The notes below the pieces were generated by a model. The model saw only the letters and a list, made by a program, of their open reading frames with translations. It was not told where the DNA came from and ran no database searches. Source: Perkinsus chesapeaki ATCC PRA-425 (Eukaryota > Protista > Perkinsozoa). Taken from it: a stretch of DNA of 64,000 bases. This document shows positions 60,250 through 64,000 of this stretch, one piece after another; position 1 is the stretch's first letter, and every line of letters starts with the position of its first letter. The stretch covers positions 27,532 to 91,531 of the forward strand of contig JAAPAO010000071.1 in assembly GCA_013115145.1 (NCBI GenBank), in the 5' to 3' direction. The translations under genes were made by a program, and so were the position numbers.

Positions 60250-63200
60250 CTAGTCTTCCTCCATAGCAACTTCATCGCCGCTGATGCCCTGCTTCTCCTT
60301 GCGTCTATCCAGTTCGACACCAAGATTCCGGAGAGGCTCTGACCATTGAGCATCCTCAGGTTGCCGTCGAATTAGGTCCAAGGCGTGAGTCACACACTCC
60401 GAGGCGATCCGAAGGGGCTCCGTTTGGTCTGAAAGGGAAAGCAGACAACTGTTTAATGAGAACCGTTCATCCATGACAGGCGCTCCTAGGGCGACTACAT
60501 TATAGGGATTTATCAAGATAACATCGCACTGAATCTCTCACTTCGGAAAATATTCTTCCGTCGAATTTTCCGAAGACGCTCTTTTTTTTCGAAGTTCTCA
60601 AAGTTTTTCTCATCGAACCCGAACCCTCTCGGCCAGAATAAGTACATTTATACTCTATGTCTACACTGGCCTTATAGATACACAATACGATCGAGAAAAA
60701 GCCTCTGAAACCCAGACGCAGAGATAAGAAGCTGAAGCGATAAACCGTTGGTCATTTCAAGCAACCCAAGTGAGAGCTTCATAAATGCCTCCTTCCGCCC
60801 ATCCTACCAGTATTGTCATCACCAGCTGCCGCCGCGGCCATGTGGGCACAAGCCAAGACATACCAGATCTCAACCTCGTTCTCATCCTCATCAAGCAGTT
60901 GATGCAGTAGCTGAGACAATGTAAATCCCCTTTCGGAGCAATTTCGTAACACGACCAACGTCTAAACGCGTCGAAGAGCAAATCTCAGATTGATTCTCGC
61001 AGAGCTAGAATTATCAGATCATGTAGTTGACTCTGGAGAGCCGACTGACACCGTTTCAATCTGGTCGCCTACTCCCGCACTCACTCCTATAGAGCTTATT
61101 TAGCGACTTGGTGAGCAATCAACCAACTGAAGGGCGCCCTATTACGTAGTAACATGTGAACCCGTGCTCATCATATAACTATGCGTGCCAAGGGAGGGCC
61201 GGAATATCCGCCGAATCTCACCTCAACAGCCTCATCCACCGCGTTTAGGTCGGTCAATGTCTTCGCTAACTGCAGTCTAATAGCCATCGGTGGCAGCGCT
61301 TCAGGGTCCTCATCACCGATACTCCCTACCGAACCATAACCAATCAAGCACGAGTCAGTGAATTTTCTCGAAATAATTCAACAAGAGCACCGTGTTTAAC
61401 AATCAAGGTTACTAACACCAAAGGCGTTCCCTCCACATCATTGAACATGCTCCATTTGCCTTGGGGAACAGTCTGGCCTACTACGCCGTTCCCAAGTAAG
61501 CGATAAATTTAGAAAAGTTGCAGGACATCTCTTGGCACTCCTCTCAGGTAGCTGGCCATCTAACACTCAACAGTCCCTAGTAGTTATTTAAACTCCAATT
61601 TCAATTATGTTGTCTTCGTTAGCACCCAGGAGAGATCAAGTGCCCAAATTCCCTGCAGTGAGATACCACAGGATTCCGCGGGATCCGAGCACCTGATCTC
61701 CTCCGCGCAGTAGCGTTTCTGCGACAGCTGGACTCTCATACCGATTTCCTCTGTTTTACTCGCCAAAATACGACCAAAAACACGCCAAACTACTAACTGA
61801 AAGCTCGCGATAAAATCCAACAAATGAAACTTGCACACAAAGTTTCTAATAACTTCGGTTCCCATGAACCAGTTAGTTGCTAAAATTTGGTAGGTCAGGC
61901 GCGGTCGTGGCAGTCCAAAAAGATATCCCTATACTACGTATAACATCCAGAGCTCTCTTGCACAGTTCTGTAGCCCTATCGAAGTCCTGTATAACCTTAT
62001 AGTAGACCGCCAACCCAGACAGGGCCTCCACGGAGCTAGGTGATCGTGACACCGCCTGACACTCATAATACCCACACAACTGATATCCTTATTATTACCC
62101 CTTCCAGATACTTCTTGCACATTTCCTCGGCATCGGCTTCATCACACATGTCGGTCATATAAAGCTCACCAATGGCGCACATCGCCGATATGAGCCTAGA
62201 AGGAGAAGGTGGGAAGATTTATTACATATATGATAACTAGTAGTGAATATCAAATACAGTTATATAACACTTTATACCAAACCATTAACATTATATAGAT
62301 TCCAAGGCCTTCCAAGGTGATTAACATGGCGGAAGAAGATACGAACCGATGGCGATTTTAGCGACCACATGATGCGACAGAAAATCTAATCAAGCGATGA
62401 TACCCACCTGGATTCGATCACCCCACGAACTTCCTCTCCTTCAACCTCAGCATCTTGCAATTCGTTCTCTAATATCCTAGCTGCTTTGGTAAAGTAATCC
62501 AGAGACTCCTTTCCCTCCGACAACTGGCCCAAATAGAAGTACCTTACAACAGGGGCAAAACAGAGTCATCAATCTATCTAACATAAGGACGACGTCTACT
62601 GAAATTAATAGTCTTAAAGTCTATTTGAAATTGCTCCACTTGAGATCAGCGACTTCAGAAATCCCTACGCCTGCCCGTGGGGCGTTCGTGAAACAGTCTC
62701 GGGAATTATTGTAATTCACCGCCACTAACCGAGTACCATATCGAATCAAATGAGAATATATTGATCACAAAGATATTCAATGGTAAATCAACCGCTGGAA
62801 GAGACCTCAATATCATGTAAAACTATAGCATTTGACGAAGCCCTCCTCCCCAAAATGTTGGCATCCCTGAAGCCCATATTACTTGCTCCCATTGTAGTTA
62901 GGCGCCAGTTGCGCGCTCCTTTTAAACAGCTCGATCGGTTTCGCAAGATCTTCGTTCGAAAATTCCAATAGGACCTGCTCAGGCTCATCAACGGCAGCAG
63001 CAATCGATACCCGAAGTACTTCGCCGTAGAAGTCAAGAACGTCAGGATTCTCGGGCTCCATTTGGAACGCCTTGTCCAGATATCTGCGGGAGAAGCTCTT
63101 GTCTACAAAAAGCGTTATTCCATCCAATCGATTATATAATTCATTTTTACTCTAATTGAATGTTAGTTCAGCCAATCGATTGTATAATATATTTTCATAC

Positions 63201-63338
63201 CAGTAAAACGGGATTCCAGCTTCCTTACCGTATAGCCATCTCTCCTTCTGGCGGGAACCTTCCCAAGCAGTCACTGGCCCTTGTTATCAAATCCTGGACG
63301 GTTACGTCTGTTGGAGTAGGCGACCGTCTTGTTGGCAT
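60250..63338 (-). CDS. ACL4: Multi-exon TPR protein, Acl4-like (assembly chaperone of ribosomal protein L4)
   Basis: ATG 63338 (MPTRRSP...), YLDKAFQMEPENPDVLDFYGE, KYFYLGQLSEGKESLDYF, CAIGELYMTDMCDEADAEEMC, VEALSGLA, IRLQLAKTL, LLDEDENEVEIWYVLA, acidic C-terminus ...VAMEED* (60250). Confidence 0.72.
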
Positions 63339-63584
63339 TAAAGACCAAAACTGGAGGTAGATTCTTTTGCCAAAAGTCGACTTCAAATTTTCACTATATT
63401 TTTACAAGTGCAAACTAATCAACTTAACTTTTATTTTTTAATATATAGTTGTAGATATGTTGATATTATATACATGTGTTTCATTTGATCAATCCTTTCT
63501 TCACAATTATTGCAAATATTTCCCACTTCACCATTAATACTGCTCGCTGTACGCATGCCCAGCACAGATGCTTTCGAATTTCGT

Positions 63585-63600
63585 GGCGCGCGCTTTTTTA
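63585..63600 (+). promoter_or_regulatory. Recurrent GGCGCGCGCTTTTTTA motif, copy 3
   Basis: Near-identical to 3507-3523 and 11604-11620; ~250 bp upstream of the Acl4-like ATG. Confidence 0.45.
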
Positions 63601-63862
63601 ATTTTCGACGAGTCACCAACATGACACGCCTGCTGGAGGGTGACACCGTGACAGCGACTCGGTGACTCTAAGAAATTTTGAATGATCACGGCTTCGGTAT
63701 TGTTCCTTTTTAAATTCCAAATTGATTTCACTAATGTTCCAGAATTGAAATCCACCAGACGCTGTCCAACTTGAAGTTCCTAAACGAGTAGCTTGTTTCG
63801 ATCGTCCAAATGGAAGTGACAATTTCCCAAATAGGTGTTTAAAAGGTGTAGTACAGAGATGT

Positions 63863-64000
63863 GACTAGTGCATAAAATATGTTACTAGTGCGAAGGAGAT
63901 ATAATATAAAATATGTTACTAGTGCGGAGGAGATATAATATAAAATATGTTACTAGTGCGAAGGAGATATAATATAAAATATGTTACTAGTGCGGAGGAG
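63863..64000 (+). repeat. 34-bp tandem repeat (minisatellite), at least 3.8 units, runs off the window edge
   Basis: Unit ATAAAATATGTTACTAGTGCG(A/G)AGGAGATATAAT starts at 63872, 63906, 63940 and 63974, with variants alternating A,G,A,G. Confidence 0.95.

Noticed and set aside
63863-64000. CRISPR-like appearance of the 34-bp repeats
   Set aside because: Units are directly adjacent with no unique spacers, there are no cas genes, and the context is eukaryotic.

Overview
Eukaryotic, gene-dense protist DNA with ~45-50 nt introns (mostly GT-AG, at least one GC-AG) mixed with intronless genes. The gene content and intron style suggest a perkinsid alveolate (Perkinsus-like); this taxon call is inference. 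Housekeeping-type genes: OTU deubiquitinase, tandem-CCCH protein, FCP1/CPL-type CTD phosphatase, lysophospholipid acyltransferase, ALDH21-like aldehyde dehydrogenase, OSCA/CSC1 channel, OPR/HPR-RAP RNA-binding protein, tRNA-Arg(UCG) and an Acl4-like TPR chaperone. The most interesting part is a co-oriented minus-strand block (25.5-52.5 kb) of predicted secreted proteins: a prodomain-less subtilisin, two paralogous small signal-peptide proteins with an identical 8-Cys spacing (C-x2-C-x2-C-x13-C-x6-C-x3-C-x2-CC) and a shared conserved upstream element, a secreted permuted NlpC/P60-like enzyme, and an ~18-kb gene for a giant LNR/EGF/Calx-beta/PA14/filamin/sushi/LamG mosaic protein. Also notable: a membrane-anchored protein with a bacterial-type Fe/B12 substrate-binding domain (CBA1/BtuF-like), a stand-alone SRP54 M-domain-like protein, a probable LTR-retroelement remnant, a recurrent GGCGCGCGCTTTTT promoter motif, and a 34-bp minisatellite at the right edge. 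All family assignments are from motif recognition by eye, not database searches. Exon boundaries of multi-exon genes are approximate unless stated.
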